DNA from: Rhynchopus sp. YZ270_cl-10
Taxonomy: Eukaryota
Direction of reading: 5' to 3'
Assembly: GCA_964035575.1 (NCBI GenBank)
Contig: OZ037834.1
Location: 2,170,001 to 2,234,000 of the forward strand
DNA: 64,000 nucleotides
The notes beneath the pieces were generated by a model, which was given only the letters and a program-made list of their open reading frames with translations, made no database searches and was not told the DNA's origin. Positions 49,781-60,804 of the stretch are shown in pieces. The position numbers were made by a program, and so were the translations under genes. Within the stretch, counting starts at the first letter, position 1; each line of letters opens with the position of its first letter.

Positions 49781-52643
49781 ATGCCCCCACCACCTGAGCC
49801 CCAATGGGAAGATATTACCACAGAGTTCAAGGAGCTCCATACCAAGCTGCCAAATGAGCTGATGGTCAGCGTGGCCGGCTTCGACCTGGTGCGTGTCATG
49901 CACACCGTGGAGGCGATGGACCCGAAGATGGACCCAAGCCTGGGTTACGAATCCCGCCTTACCCTCCGCGAGGTGCTTGAATCCGGCCGCGTCAACACCA
50001 CACCAAACGACGAGCAGATCCTCGCACTCATGAAATATCTGTTTAAAGCGGAGGGCTGCTTTTTGAACGGTTTCTTTTTGCCCTCAAATATGTTTACCTG
50101 CATTTACTTTCACAGAAGGGCGTTGGTGGAGGGGAACCCTCTGCTTGATGCGTACATTCGTGCCCTCGGTGTCAGCATTCATTGTATTACCCGCATTGTG
50201 CAGAAGGGTGACGTTGCGGAAGAGGAGGAGTTTGTGTCATTGCTCTTCGGGGTTGACTGTAGCGAGCTCGTCACGCCTGCGGAAGCTGCTGCAGAGCTGG
50301 AGCAGACACTCGCTGAGTTGAAACAAAGGGAACGTCTTTCCCTTGGAGACGACTTTGCGTCAGAAGAAGAGAGAGCCCTCCGTGAACGGACGGTAAGAGA
50401 TGAAATGGCGTTCTTCTTTGAGCACAGAATAAATTGGTTAAAAGCTACCGCCCACCTCGACACCAGACAGCTCAAAAAAGCGGGCAACGCCTTAAAACAA
50501 ATGCAAGAAAAGCTGAAGAAAGCCCTCAAATCGATTTTCCCCGTTTCCAAGCCCGACGATGTCGCCGCAACCTCGAAGGACCCACTGCTTCAAGGAATTG
50601 TGTTTGAGGAGGCGAAGTCGTGGTTAGTGCATTTTGTGTCGAACCCTCAGGTTTTCCCTACACTGCACGAGACGCTGCAGATATTCGATAGGGTAGCCGA
50701 CGAGCAGCGGGAGTTGTGTCTGATCGAGGAGCGGTGCAAGAACCTGACCTCGGTGCTGGAGTTCACAGAGGCGTTCAGCGCACGCAAGCCGTCCCCTCAT
50801 GTGGTCTCGCGGTCCCGCCTTATGGTCCTCCTCTACGAGAACCACCTCATCCTCAAGAAATACGACATGCAAGATCTCATCGTGCGACACCTGAGTGAGG
50901 AGCTCGGTGCGCCACTCTATGCACAGCTGATTGCAGACCCGTTGACGGTCACAAACTATGCGGGGATGGAGATCGTTGATGCCAAAGGGAAGGATGCGTA
51001 CACTGGTATGGTCTATTTTCTTTTTGTCTGAGGAAACATGTGGTTTTGAAGAACACTGTAGATTTGCCAGTTATTGACAATGAAGTTTATTTTTTTGTGG
51101 TGATTTTGAACAAACGCAAAAAAAAAAAATAACACCGAAAAAAAAAACACAGGAGCGACCCCCGTTGGCGGGCCTGTACCGCACAGAGACCAGCTTGTGA
51201 GCTTCCTGCATGTGTTGCAGAACAACCTGCTTTCGTACCTGTACGCGCTTGTGCATAACCGTGCGCGCATGAGACGCCGGGTGAGCAACCTGCTTGGTGA
51301 GTGGGCCTATGCACAGAGCGTGGCGTGGGACTGTGACAAGGCGTGCTTCGACGGTGCGCTCATCCTCGACAAGAACGTGCCGGAGGAGGTGGGCCAGCGC
51401 ACCATCGTCCTCAGCTCCATGGTGTACGACCTTGTGCTCAAGCTCATGGAGACGTACATCTCTCTGGGCTTCGAGCTCGAGCTCTTCTCGAACACAAGCA
51501 CCGAAATCAAAGACATGCTGTGGTACGTCGAGTACATCGGTATGCACACACAGCCCCTCATGGCAGCTTGCCAACCCCTCCAAATTCTTCAAACACCACA
51601 CACACAGGTCTGCTCTCCTCCGAGAACCTGAAGATTTTGATGAAGACAAACGGTCTTGAGCCCAAAGCCATGCAAGGACTGAAGAAGTATAAGAACATCA
51701 AATCGTCAGACCCTGCGAGGGTGCTCCCACCTGTGTACAGCACGCGTACACCGTGCAGACCACCGGAGTTTATGCTTGCACCTGGCGAGCTTGTGAAGAA
51801 GGGCCTTCTGCGCATCTGTGTGGCGCTTGCCGAGACGAACATCCTACGTGACACAGGGTCCCGCGCCAAGCGAGAAAAGTACCTCTCCAAAGCTACCCGC
51901 TTCAACAGAAGGCTGGCCCCGTTCCTGCAGCTCATGAAGCCGCAGTTCATTGGGTATGTGATGTGTCCCCCCCTTTTTTTCTCTCCAAAATATTACAATC
52001 ACAGATACGACACCTACATCACTCATACAAGCGCAAAGCGGCCGGCGCTGGATCTGCTGGAAGATGTATGTCATTTTGCAGGAAAACATTCCTCAGAATG
52101 CTACGTGGACACCGATCTAACTATCACATAACCCCCCAAACAGGCACGCCAAAACTTCGAGAAGGCAGAAGGGTACATAGCGTTCCTGGAGAACCGCGTG
52201 AAGACATTCACACCCAAGGAGCGTGCGGAGTTTGACACTGTCAAGAAGGTATTATTTTTACTCTCTTTCTAAAAGGTCGAATTTATGATTTTCATGAAAA
52301 CCGAAGGTACTTTAGGGTCTCTTGTCGACAATAAATAGACTGTCTAGGCAGCGATAGCACCAGATGAAAATATGAAAACCATTTTTTTCTCTGGTGCTTG
52401 GAAATCGGTCAATGGCTTGTCAATATCAATGGCCCCTCCCGGAGCACCACAATCTCTTTTTTTTTACAGGTTGCAAAGGCGAACCAGGTGTCCCTCAAGC
52501 TTGGCATCAAGGCTGCCGTCGAGGGCGCTGTGCAGCTGATGGAGGCCTCTGACGCACCTGAGGATGTTGTACCGGCACCGCGCGCGTACTTCGACTTCTG
52601 CTATTCCAACCTGCTCCCGGTTGTGAAGTTGAAAAAGGCCTGA
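49781..52643 (+). CDS. NAA35: N-alpha-acetyltransferase 35, NatC auxiliary subunit (MAK10); 6 exons, about 765 aa
   Basis: WEDIT...FDL...M-x2-VE-x-MDPKMD, FTCIY, EEEEF, NRARMRR, LGFELELF, VAKAN. Exons 49781-51005, 51153-51539, 51608-51953, 52005-52065, 52144-52248, 52470-52643 (2298 nt, in frame). Confidence 0.9.
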
Positions 52644-52872
52644 AGGTCTAAGGGTTCGTGAAGGGTAAAGTGGGGGGAAGGTGGTGGGAATAGAATGGTG
52701 ACAGCATCCAAACCAGCTGCGTTGGATAAGAAATACAATCAAAAGGGTTGCGAGAGAGAGAAAGAGTTAAGAGCGAGGAATAATCTCATAAGGTAGGTTG
52801 GGGGGGAAGATAGAAACAGAGGCCAAACGTTTTAAAAGCGTGTGTTTTTTTTTTTTTTTTTTGAGTTTAAAT

Positions 52873-53170
52873 CAGGCTCTCCGCTAGGATTTCCGATTTT
52901 GAAAATATTCTGTTGATGGTCCACGTTGGTGGGGTACATGCTTGCGCCGCAGGCGCACGGTGCGCAACTTTTTTTTTTACCAACACCCGATTTTGACTTT
53001 TTTGGGACGTTTGAGCACTCACCTCTCCATATCTTCTTCTCCTGAGCTTTTTTGACAGGTAGAACGGGTCTGAACCACTTAGCAGAACTTTTTTTTTTTT
53101 TCTTTTTTTCCCCATTTTCAAAAAGTTCTGTTGACAATCAACAGAACTTTAGTACCTAGCGGAGTGCCTG
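52873..53170. mobile_element. hAT-type MITE, 298 bp
   Basis: TIR CAGGCTCTCCGCTAGG (15/16 match). 8-bp TSD GTTTAAAT at 52865-52872 and 53171-53178. Confidence 0.9.
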
Positions 53171-53541
53171 GTTTAAATACAAGGCCCCCCTAAGTACAAG
53201 CCCCCCTTCAAGGGTTCCCCCCCTTTGAGAATTGGGTCTGGGAACTCCCGAAAAATAAAAAAAAATCTTTCTTTTTGCATTTACCTCCAAGACACATGAG
53301 TGTATCAAGTTTATCGGTCAAAGTCTAGCTTCCGCGAGCCGCAAAGATGATACAAATCAGCTTTGTGTCTGGGTTTGTTCTCCAAAATGAACCTGGCGGG
53401 GCACTTCGAGGAGCCTCTTGTTGTTCCTTTGTTCCTTACCTCACAACCATCCAACTGAGTTTATAAACAGAAAACCAAAATGTATTTTCACCCCTCACAT
53501 CAGCCTCCAGGAAAAAAAAAAATACTCAAAAACTCCATAAA

Positions 53542-54900
53542 ATGAAGTCCCAGGTGAGACTCATGCTTTTTGTGGTGTTTTTGGACATCACAGGCATTGC
53601 TTTGGTGGCCCCACTACTTCCCTCTATCGGCACGGAGCTGGGGTTGACGCACACACAGTTTGGGTTTGTGGGGAGTCTCTACGGGGTTGCTCAGGCGTTC
53701 AGCAGCCCGGTCATGGGCGCCATCAGCGATGCGCGCGGCAGGAAGGGGGTCTTCCTCATCTCTTTGGCAGGCGCAACTCTTGCCTATGTGCTTCTTGGTG
53801 TGGGTCTCGCGTACAAGGTGGTGTGGCTGTTGGGTGTGTCGCGCATTACCGTGGGCCTGGTGAAGCAGACTATGACGATTGCGATTTCGTTCATCACAGA
53901 TGAAACGCTGGCCGCAGAGCGTACCCCCGCTATTGCCACCCTCTTTTCCATCACAAACGTTGCCTTCATCATCGGCGCCCCGCTAGGCGGTATTCTATCC
54001 GGAAAATTCGGTCTTATGACTCCGGTTGTTCTGTCAAGCGTGCTGTATGCCGCCGCATTTGCGCTGTGCAAATGGCTGATCGAAGATAAAGGGGGTTCTC
54101 TTGGCACCAAACAGGTCTGCCCTTCCCTCGCAGCCCAAGGGTTGAAGCCGTCTGAATATTCGAACAAAAAGGCGCCACATCCTATCAAGGAGGAGGAGTC
54201 TGTGGAGCGTGGCCCCATCTTTGCGACCGTTCTGCAAGAATTTAAGGGCCTGACAACGGATATGATTAACAACCATTCGGTGCGGAAGGTGGCGATTGCG
54301 TCGTTTCTGTCGACGCTTGCTGTGGTTACGGTGCAAAGCTCCTTCACGTCGGTGGCGGTGGGGAAATACAATTTTACGACCCGCGAGGCGTCGTACCTCA
54401 TCTCGTACAAAGCGCTGCTTGGGGCGTTCTGGATGATGTGTATGTCTGAGAAGGTGGAAAAGAGGCTGCGCGCTTTTGGGTCGGACAACATCTTTCCTGC
54501 CTCTGCGCTTCTCAGTGGAGTTGCCTTGGTGTGTCAGGCACGCGCTTCGACTGTGTATGGCATGATGACGTGCATGCTGTTTGGCTCGTTAGGGGATGCC
54601 TTGTTTAAGGTGTTCCTCTCCTCGTTGTTTACAAAGCTGTATGAGGCGGAGATCGGCGCTGCGCAAGGTATTTTTGGGAATATCGAGTCGCTCTGCCGTG
54701 TGGCAGCCCCAGCACTGTCAGGGCTTCTGCTTGATGTAGGAGGGCTCGCGATGCCGTGGACATTCGCAGGTGCATTGAATATCATTGTTGCCTCCTACTG
54801 CCATTCAGCGTTTTCTGCATTGGACGACCCAGCTAACGCAGACCTCGGCCTGCAAGCAGTCGAGCCTGAAAAATCTGCGGAAGATAAGAAAAAGGATTAG
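53542..54900 (+). CDS. MFS transporter, DHA1/TetA/SLC22A18-like
   Basis: About 12 hydrophobic segments, motif A GAISDARGRK, FLD in TM1, GAPLGG (motif C-like). Confidence 0.9.
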   Translation: MKSQVRLMLFVVFLDITGIALVAPLLPSIGTELGLTHTQFGFVGSLYGVAQAFSSPVMGAISDARGRKGVFLISLAGATLAYVLLGVGLAYKVVWLLGVSRITVGLVKQTMTIAISFITDETLAAERTPAIATLFSITNVAFIIGAPLGGILSGKFGLMTPVVLSSVLYAAAFALCKWLIEDKGGSLGTKQVCPSLAAQGLKPSEYSNKKAPHPIKEEESVERGPIFATVLQEFKGLTTDMINNHSVRKVAIASFLSTLAVVTVQSSFTSVAVGKYNFTTREASYLISYKALLGAFWMMCMSEKVEKRLRAFGSDNIFPASALLSGVALVCQARASTVYGMMTCMLFGSLGDALFKVFLSSLFTKLYEAEIGAAQGIFGNIESLCRVAAPALSGLLLDVGGLAMPWTFAGALNIIVASYCHSAFSALDDPANADLGLQAVEPEKSAEDKKKD

Positions 54901-56694
54901 GTTTGTTGTGTGGAGGTTATACAAAGTATTTTTTTTTTCTTTCGTGGGAAAAAGAGAAGAGAAAAAAAAGGAAAAAGAAAAAAAATGAGGGGTTGGTCGG
55001 GAGGGGTGAGGGAAGGGGGGGATAAAATTTCTTCCCTTGGCGGTGAAAAAGCTCTTTTTTATTTTTGTTGCAAAATACGTTGGGTGGGATTGCTAAAATA
55101 ACAGAAAAAAGAAGACAAATAATGAAGCTGGCGTAAAAAAAAAAAGATAAGTTGCTCATTTGCCAAAAAGGGTTTCCTGAGTGTATACCCAAAACATGGT
55201 ATTTTTTCTTCTCTGTTCTTTCTTTTTTTTGCGTGCGGGGTTTTACAGTGAGGGGATAAAATGATCTAAAAAAACGGCCAATTTCTATGTTTTTCCTTTT
55301 TTCCTGTGCCTCGACGAGCCTCTTGATGCTTTAGCAGTGGAGGTTGCCTAAACTCCTTGCGTACATACTAGGACCTCCTCGTTACAAAGCCCAGCTTCTC
55401 TCAGCACAGGGTGTGGTCTTTCTTGGTGGTGGTTTTCCAGCTTTTGCCTCTTTCACTTCGCACCTGCCCTCTAGTAGGTGCTGCAGGAACGGGGTTTTGA
55501 GCTGTTGGTGAAGTCATCATATCATATCATATGATGTGACCCGACCCCGTACGCGCTGTACACCAAGGTACGCGTTTGAGGTGATACATGAACTGCCACA
55601 TGGACTGACGGTTCTAAGTGGAGATGTATTAGGAGACCTGAGACATCACTCCGAACCCAACGCCGACGCCTGTCCCTCTGGTCGTCACCAAGAGGTACGC
55701 GTTGGGTGACAGATGAACTGGGGTAGGTGATGCGGGTGTTGCCATCGTTGCCGCGCACTCCTTCACACACAGAGCACAATGTGGTGGTGTTGTTGAAGCA
55801 AAACCCACGAGAGACTGCCGTAGGTCCCTCGCAGCAGGTGTGTATCCAGTGTTTGCTGAACCGGCGCATTCAGCACGTTCACCTGACCCTGAGGGCACGT
55901 CGACAGACTGCAGAGAAGGAGGAGAAGTCGCCGGTGACGCGGTTTTGTGCTTCAGGAGGGAGTAATGGCAATCCCACGCTGTTGAATGAGAAGACAGCAC
56001 AACAGCAAGTACCGTTGAACCTTTGAACCAACAGCACCCGTTTGTCGCACGCCACTGCCGGTACCTCGATTCTGCGTCAGTGACGTAATAGACCTGCCTG
56101 ACGAACCCGTTTTTGGTGTGAAGAAGGGAGAGCAAAGGTTGTCCCGCGACTCCCTTGAAATTGTCCCTGGCGGCAAAATACCGGTTTTTGGGGGGACAAT
56201 TTCACGGGGGAGGGTCGGTAGGAAAGAAAGAACGTGAAAAGAAGGGTACAAATGGCTTATCCCTACCCGCTTTAATAAAACAGACTAATAATGCAAAGAA
56301 CAAAAAGAGCGTGAATACCAAGCTTCCCAAGCAGGACGCACTGGACCGTTCGGCGGGTGCAGTGGTATAACAAAAAAGGAATTTTTCCTTTCGCGAAAAA
56401 AGAAAAGCATGCTTTTGTTTCCTGTTCAATGCCGTTTCTAGCAAAACAAAATGGGCGTAACAATAGCGACAACCCACCTCCCCAAAGTCTTATTTTGCAA
56501 CTTCTTTTCCACCCCATAGCCAAAACACTTGTTTGCTGACCTGACATCACATCTGGGCCGCGCATTCTCGTGTGTTGCTTGAAGTTTGTCTCACACTTTT
56601 CAGTGTTTTTAGTGCCTGCGTCTGCCGCTGTAGCGTCTCCATTCCACACTCAACACCACACCTATCCCCACAGAACAGATACCTCGCACTGAAC

Positions 56695-57777
56695 ATGGAC
56701 ATCACAGGACACTTCGAGTCTGCAAGCTGTGTGATAGAAGTGGACAGGAGCGCCACCCTTGCACAGGTGAAGGGGAAGCTTGTTGCGGAGCTTGGCGTGC
56801 CACGTGCTCGACATGTTGGTGTGCGGATGAGAGACGGTGGCGACATCGGCAACGACGACTTGCGCATCTGCGACACGGCGATGGATGAGGGATGTGCCGT
56901 TGAGCTGTACTACACTGGTGCCAACATCACTCCTGGGGTGATACCACGTTCGAATGGCACATTCTCGCTCACACTCTCCCCGTGTGACAGGTACCTTGCA
57001 GTAATGTGTTACGCGAATGTGTCTATCTTCGACACGGAAACACATAAGTGTCTGTGCAGCTTCCCTGCAGACCAGGCCTACAATCCATCCTTTTCACCGT
57101 GCAGTCAGCGGATCTCATGCGTGAACAAGGACACGGAGTGTGCTGAAGTTCATGACGTGAAGACAGGTGCATTGAAGCACTCCTTTGGAGATGAAGGTGA
57201 TTGGGGGCGTACCACGGCATGGGCACCCTGTGGAACAAAGCTGTTGTCGTGCTGCAAGAACAAGGGTTTGCAGGTGTGGGACATTGCAACAGGTGTTCTT
57301 GTGCATGAATGGAGCCACATTGTGGAACACTACTTCATGCTCGTGACAGGCGACAGGGTGGCGATGTTTGGACACAACAGCAAGGATGTCACCATCTGGG
57401 ACTACACGACAGGGGTGGAGGTGCTTGTTCTCACCTGCCCTGAGAATGTTAATTCTGTAGCACTGTCACCAAATGAGCGTTTCATTGCAGCATGTTTCCC
57501 GTACTGTGTGCGTGTCTGGAACATCGAAACAGGTGAATGTGTATTTGAAGACGTCTCAGAAAAGGAATGGACTGATGTTGCTGTGTCGAACGACATTGTT
57601 GTTGTCTACTCTTCTGAGACGTTGTGCGTGTGGTCTATCTCAACAGGGAAACAACTGTTGTGTCGTGACTTTGATACCTGCGATTCTTGCGGTCTTGCGA
57701 TCAGCAGCTGTGGTGGTGTGGTGATGTACGGCAGGGATGAGGGTGTCGAGATTGTTGAAATCTCACACCTGTCTTGA
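56695..57777 (+). CDS. Ubiquitin-like domain + WD40 beta-propeller protein, copy A
   Basis: N-terminal UBL pattern (IEVD-x2-ATLAQVKGKL...DD-x-RI-x-D...EG-x2-VEL), then WD repeats (VSIFD, LQVWD, VTIWD, VRVWN). Confidence 0.85.
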   Translation: MDITGHFESASCVIEVDRSATLAQVKGKLVAELGVPRARHVGVRMRDGGDIGNDDLRICDTAMDEGCAVELYYTGANITPGVIPRSNGTFSLTLSPCDRYLAVMCYANVSIFDTETHKCLCSFPADQAYNPSFSPCSQRISCVNKDTECAEVHDVKTGALKHSFGDEGDWGRTTAWAPCGTKLLSCCKNKGLQVWDIATGVLVHEWSHIVEHYFMLVTGDRVAMFGHNSKDVTIWDYTTGVEVLVLTCPENVNSVALSPNERFIAACFPYCVRVWNIETGECVFEDVSEKEWTDVAVSNDIVVVYSSETLCVWSISTGKQLLCRDFDTCDSCGLAISSCGGVVMYGRDEGVEIVEISHLS

Positions 57778-57982
57778 ACCCATTTCCACAAATCAATGCC
57801 CTACCACCCGTCACGGTGTGGGATTCACTGGGAAGGTGGGAGGACCTCTAGAAGAGGTTGTAAAGGGAACAAGATGTGTTTGTGTCATTTGCAAAACAAA
57901 AGAGATAACTCCTCGCCCACCCCTCTTCTTCCTGCCCTCCCCACACACCTCTCCCCACAGAACAGAGTTCCACCCCCTGAAC

Positions 57983-59071
57983 ATGGACATCACAGGACAC
58001 TTCGAGTCTGCAAGCTGTGTGATAGAAGTGGACGGGAGCGCCACCCTTGCACAGGTGAAGGGGAAGCTTGTTGCGGAGCTTGGCGTGCCACGTGCTCGAC
58101 ATGTTGGTGTGCGGATGAGAGGCGGTGGCGACATCGGCAACGACGACTTGCGCATCTGCGACACGGCGATGGATGAGGGATGTGCTGTTGAGCTGTACTG
58201 CACTGGTGCCAACATCACTCCTGGAGACATACAAAATTTGGAGAAGACGGACTCGCTCACACTCTCCCCGTGTGACAGGTACCTTGCAGTAATGTGTTAC
58301 GCGAATGTGTCTATCTTCGACACGGAAACACATGAGCGTCTGTGCAGCTTCCCTTGCGACTATTCTGTGAAACCCGCATTCTCACCTTGCAGTGAGTGGG
58401 TCTCAGTCATACACGAGAACGAGGCCTGTGCTGAAGTTCATGACGTGAAGACAGGTGCATTGAAGCACTCCTTTGGAGATGAAGGTAATTGCAGGTGGGC
58501 AACGGCATGGGCACCCTGTGGAACAAAGCTGTTGTCGTGGTGCACGTACAAGGGTTTACAGGTGTGGGACATTGCAACAGGTGTTGTTGTGCATGAATGG
58601 AGCCACATTGTGAAGTGCAAGTACGTCATGGTTGTGACAGGCGACAGGGTGGCGATGTTTGGCTACAAGAGCAAATATGTCACCATCTGGGACTACACGA
58701 CAGGGGTGGAGGTGCTTGTTCTGACATGCCCTTTTGATGTTGATTTTATGTCACTGTCGCCAAACCAGCGTTTCATTGCAGCGTGTTACACTAATTGTGT
58801 GCGTGTCTGGAACATCGAAACAGGTGAATGTGTATTTGAAGACGTCTCAGAAAAGGACTGGGCTGAAGTTGCTGTGTCGAACGACATTGTTGCTTCCCAC
58901 ACTTCTGAAATATTGTGCATGTGGTCCATCTCAACAGGGAAGCAACTCTTGCATCGTGAACTTGAATGGACGGACAATTCTTACGGTCTTGCGATCAGCA
59001 GCTGTGGTGGTGTGGTGATGTACAGCACAGATGATGGTGTTGAGATTGTTGACATATCACACCTGTCTTGA
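57983..59071 (+). CDS. Ubiquitin-like domain + WD40 beta-propeller protein, copy B (tandem duplicate)
   Basis: Colinear with copy A. ATG-to-ATG distance 1288 bp. Shared CCCCACAGAACAGA leader. Confidence 0.85.
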   Translation: MDITGHFESASCVIEVDGSATLAQVKGKLVAELGVPRARHVGVRMRGGGDIGNDDLRICDTAMDEGCAVELYCTGANITPGDIQNLEKTDSLTLSPCDRYLAVMCYANVSIFDTETHERLCSFPCDYSVKPAFSPCSEWVSVIHENEACAEVHDVKTGALKHSFGDEGNCRWATAWAPCGTKLLSWCTYKGLQVWDIATGVVVHEWSHIVKCKYVMVVTGDRVAMFGYKSKYVTIWDYTTGVEVLVLTCPFDVDFMSLSPNQRFIAACYTNCVRVWNIETGECVFEDVSEKDWAEVAVSNDIVASHTSEILCMWSISTGKQLLHRELEWTDNSYGLAISSCGGVVMYSTDDGVEIVDISHLS

Positions 59072-59639
59072 ACAGGGGACTAGCTTGGCCGGGTCAGCGG
59101 GTCAGCTGACCCACTTCCTGTACTAAAAAAAAAAAAAGTGGGTCAGCCGAAAAAAAAAAAAAAAAATTGGATTTTACACGGTACCAGAAAGTTCTTAAAG
59201 AAGATTTTTTTTTTTTCACGGACTCACACGGTGGAGTCTACCCGGGGGGGAGTTACTCTTTTGGGGTGTCGGATTAGGGGGACTCCATAGTCCCCCTAGG
59301 TGGACTCTTTTGGTGGGTTCTTGTGGGTAGTGGGGGCTGGTGCTGACAGGTATGTACACACCAGGGGGGTGGTGAGGGTCCCAGATGGGGCCCGGGGAGG
59401 TAAAAGGTCATGTTATGCATATCATTGCACAGTTTATACAGTGCAAACTGTTGTTTGTCATTAGATGCGATACAATGACAGAGTCTTGTTGCTTATTTCC
59501 TTTCAGTCCTCAGTTCACTATGTATTTTATTATTTTTGCTACCTATTTGTATGTCTCTAGCATTTCATGAACTATGAAAATGCCTGGTTTAGTTTGTTAA
59601 ACACAGCATGCCCAAGCGAGCCGGGCAGTCCTACAAACT

Positions 59640-60335
59640 TCTCGTAGTCGTTGGTGGTACGCTGTGGTCTGCGGTGCCTCCCACAACACGTCCTGACCGT
59701 GCGACATGTCACCTTTGCTGCCTTCCGGTGGAGCACGAGGGTGGCTCGTCCTAAGCTGAGTGGAGGTTGTTCACTGAAGAGTCTGGCTGGCTCATCAGTT
59801 GGTGCATGCGTCGCCTCACCAGTTTCTCCATCACCTTCGACACACTGCCGGTAAGGGAGATCGGGCGGTACGACGAGGGTCAGTCATGTCTTTCCCTTTT
59901 TTGTGCAGTGGCATAGCGTCGTGTAGTGCAGTGTGCCCAGGATCGGTGGTGCGCGTTCACGTCCCCGCAACCACCACCTTCCCTTGTGTGGGCAGTTCTG
60001 AAACGTTGCCGTCGGCACGTAGTGTGTCATTTTTGTGCAGGCCTGCCGCACTTGGCCTGTGCATATTGCAGAATCGCACACCTTCCACTTCGAAGGCGAG
60101 TCTCTCCGTCACGCTGCTCTCTGGAGAAGTGAAGATGTGTTTGTATGTGCGTGTGGTGCGGACGTAGATGCCGCCTCCCGATGCCGTCGCACCCTTCGCA
60201 CGCTTTTGGATACGCATGCGTTTGTATACGTATCCATATCCGCATAATGTATACGTCGAAGCCAATGTCGCCTGTCTGGCTCGCTTTGAGTTCCTTAAGG
60301 CAGACAACGTCGTACTCTTTTTGGGCGAGCAGTAG
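59640..60335 (-). pseudogene. Internally deleted, frameshifted non-LTR retrotransposon remnant (APE endonuclease + start of RT region)
   Basis: YDVVCLKELK...GGGIYVR...NMHRP...VVVAG/DVNAHHRSW, joined to PLHKKGKD-x2-DP/SYRPISLTGSVSKVMEKLVRRR. Confidence 0.85.
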
Positions 60336-60340
60336 AGTAA

Positions 60341-60804
60341 CACACTCTTCGTGCGAGAGAGAGCAGAGCAACGTCAGGTCTTCGTCATACACAGAGACGC
60401 CGTCTTTGCCATACGAGACAACAACACTGCCACAGGAGAACAAGGTCCACGAAGCGCAGTCGACTTTGCGGACCACCTCCCCACCCGGAAGTGCAACCTT
60501 GAGAAGGCAATCCCCACAAGGCAGGTAGCAGCGTGTCTTGCACTGAGAGATGGCAGGCGCACCGTATACATAATTGTCCGCATCAATCAAATGAGAAGAC
60601 AGGCTCGTAGGTTTCTGTGTCGAAGCCGCCAACATGCCCACGCCTGCTACTATAGATGCAGAGCGTTCCACAACGCGACAGTGACCCGTTGTCTCCCGTA
60701 TGCGTTACACTGTACTGAGCAGGACACTTGATGTCGGCAAAGCGGCGGGCAAGCACAACCTGCACCCCTGCATCAAACGCCGTGTCCTGCAGACGGCACG
60801 TCAG
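60341..60804 (-). pseudogene. Captured fragment of a divergent UBL-WD40 family member
   Basis: RLQDTAFDAGVQVVL-x3-ADI...SLSRCG...FDTETYEPVFSF/...PAISQC aligns with RICDTAMDEGCAVEL-x4-ANI...TLSPCD...FDTETHKCLCSF...PSFSPC in the adjacent genes. Contains a frameshift. Confidence 0.75.

Noticed and set aside
55500..56150. GC-richer, coding-like stretch between the MFS and WD40 genes
   Set aside because: Short ORFs on both strands with no recognisable motif; cannot be assigned.
56695..59071. Diversity-generating retroelement explanation for WD40 variability, given the nearby RT remnant
   Set aside because: Differences are not adenine-specific, there is no template repeat, and the RT piece is a broken LINE-type fragment.
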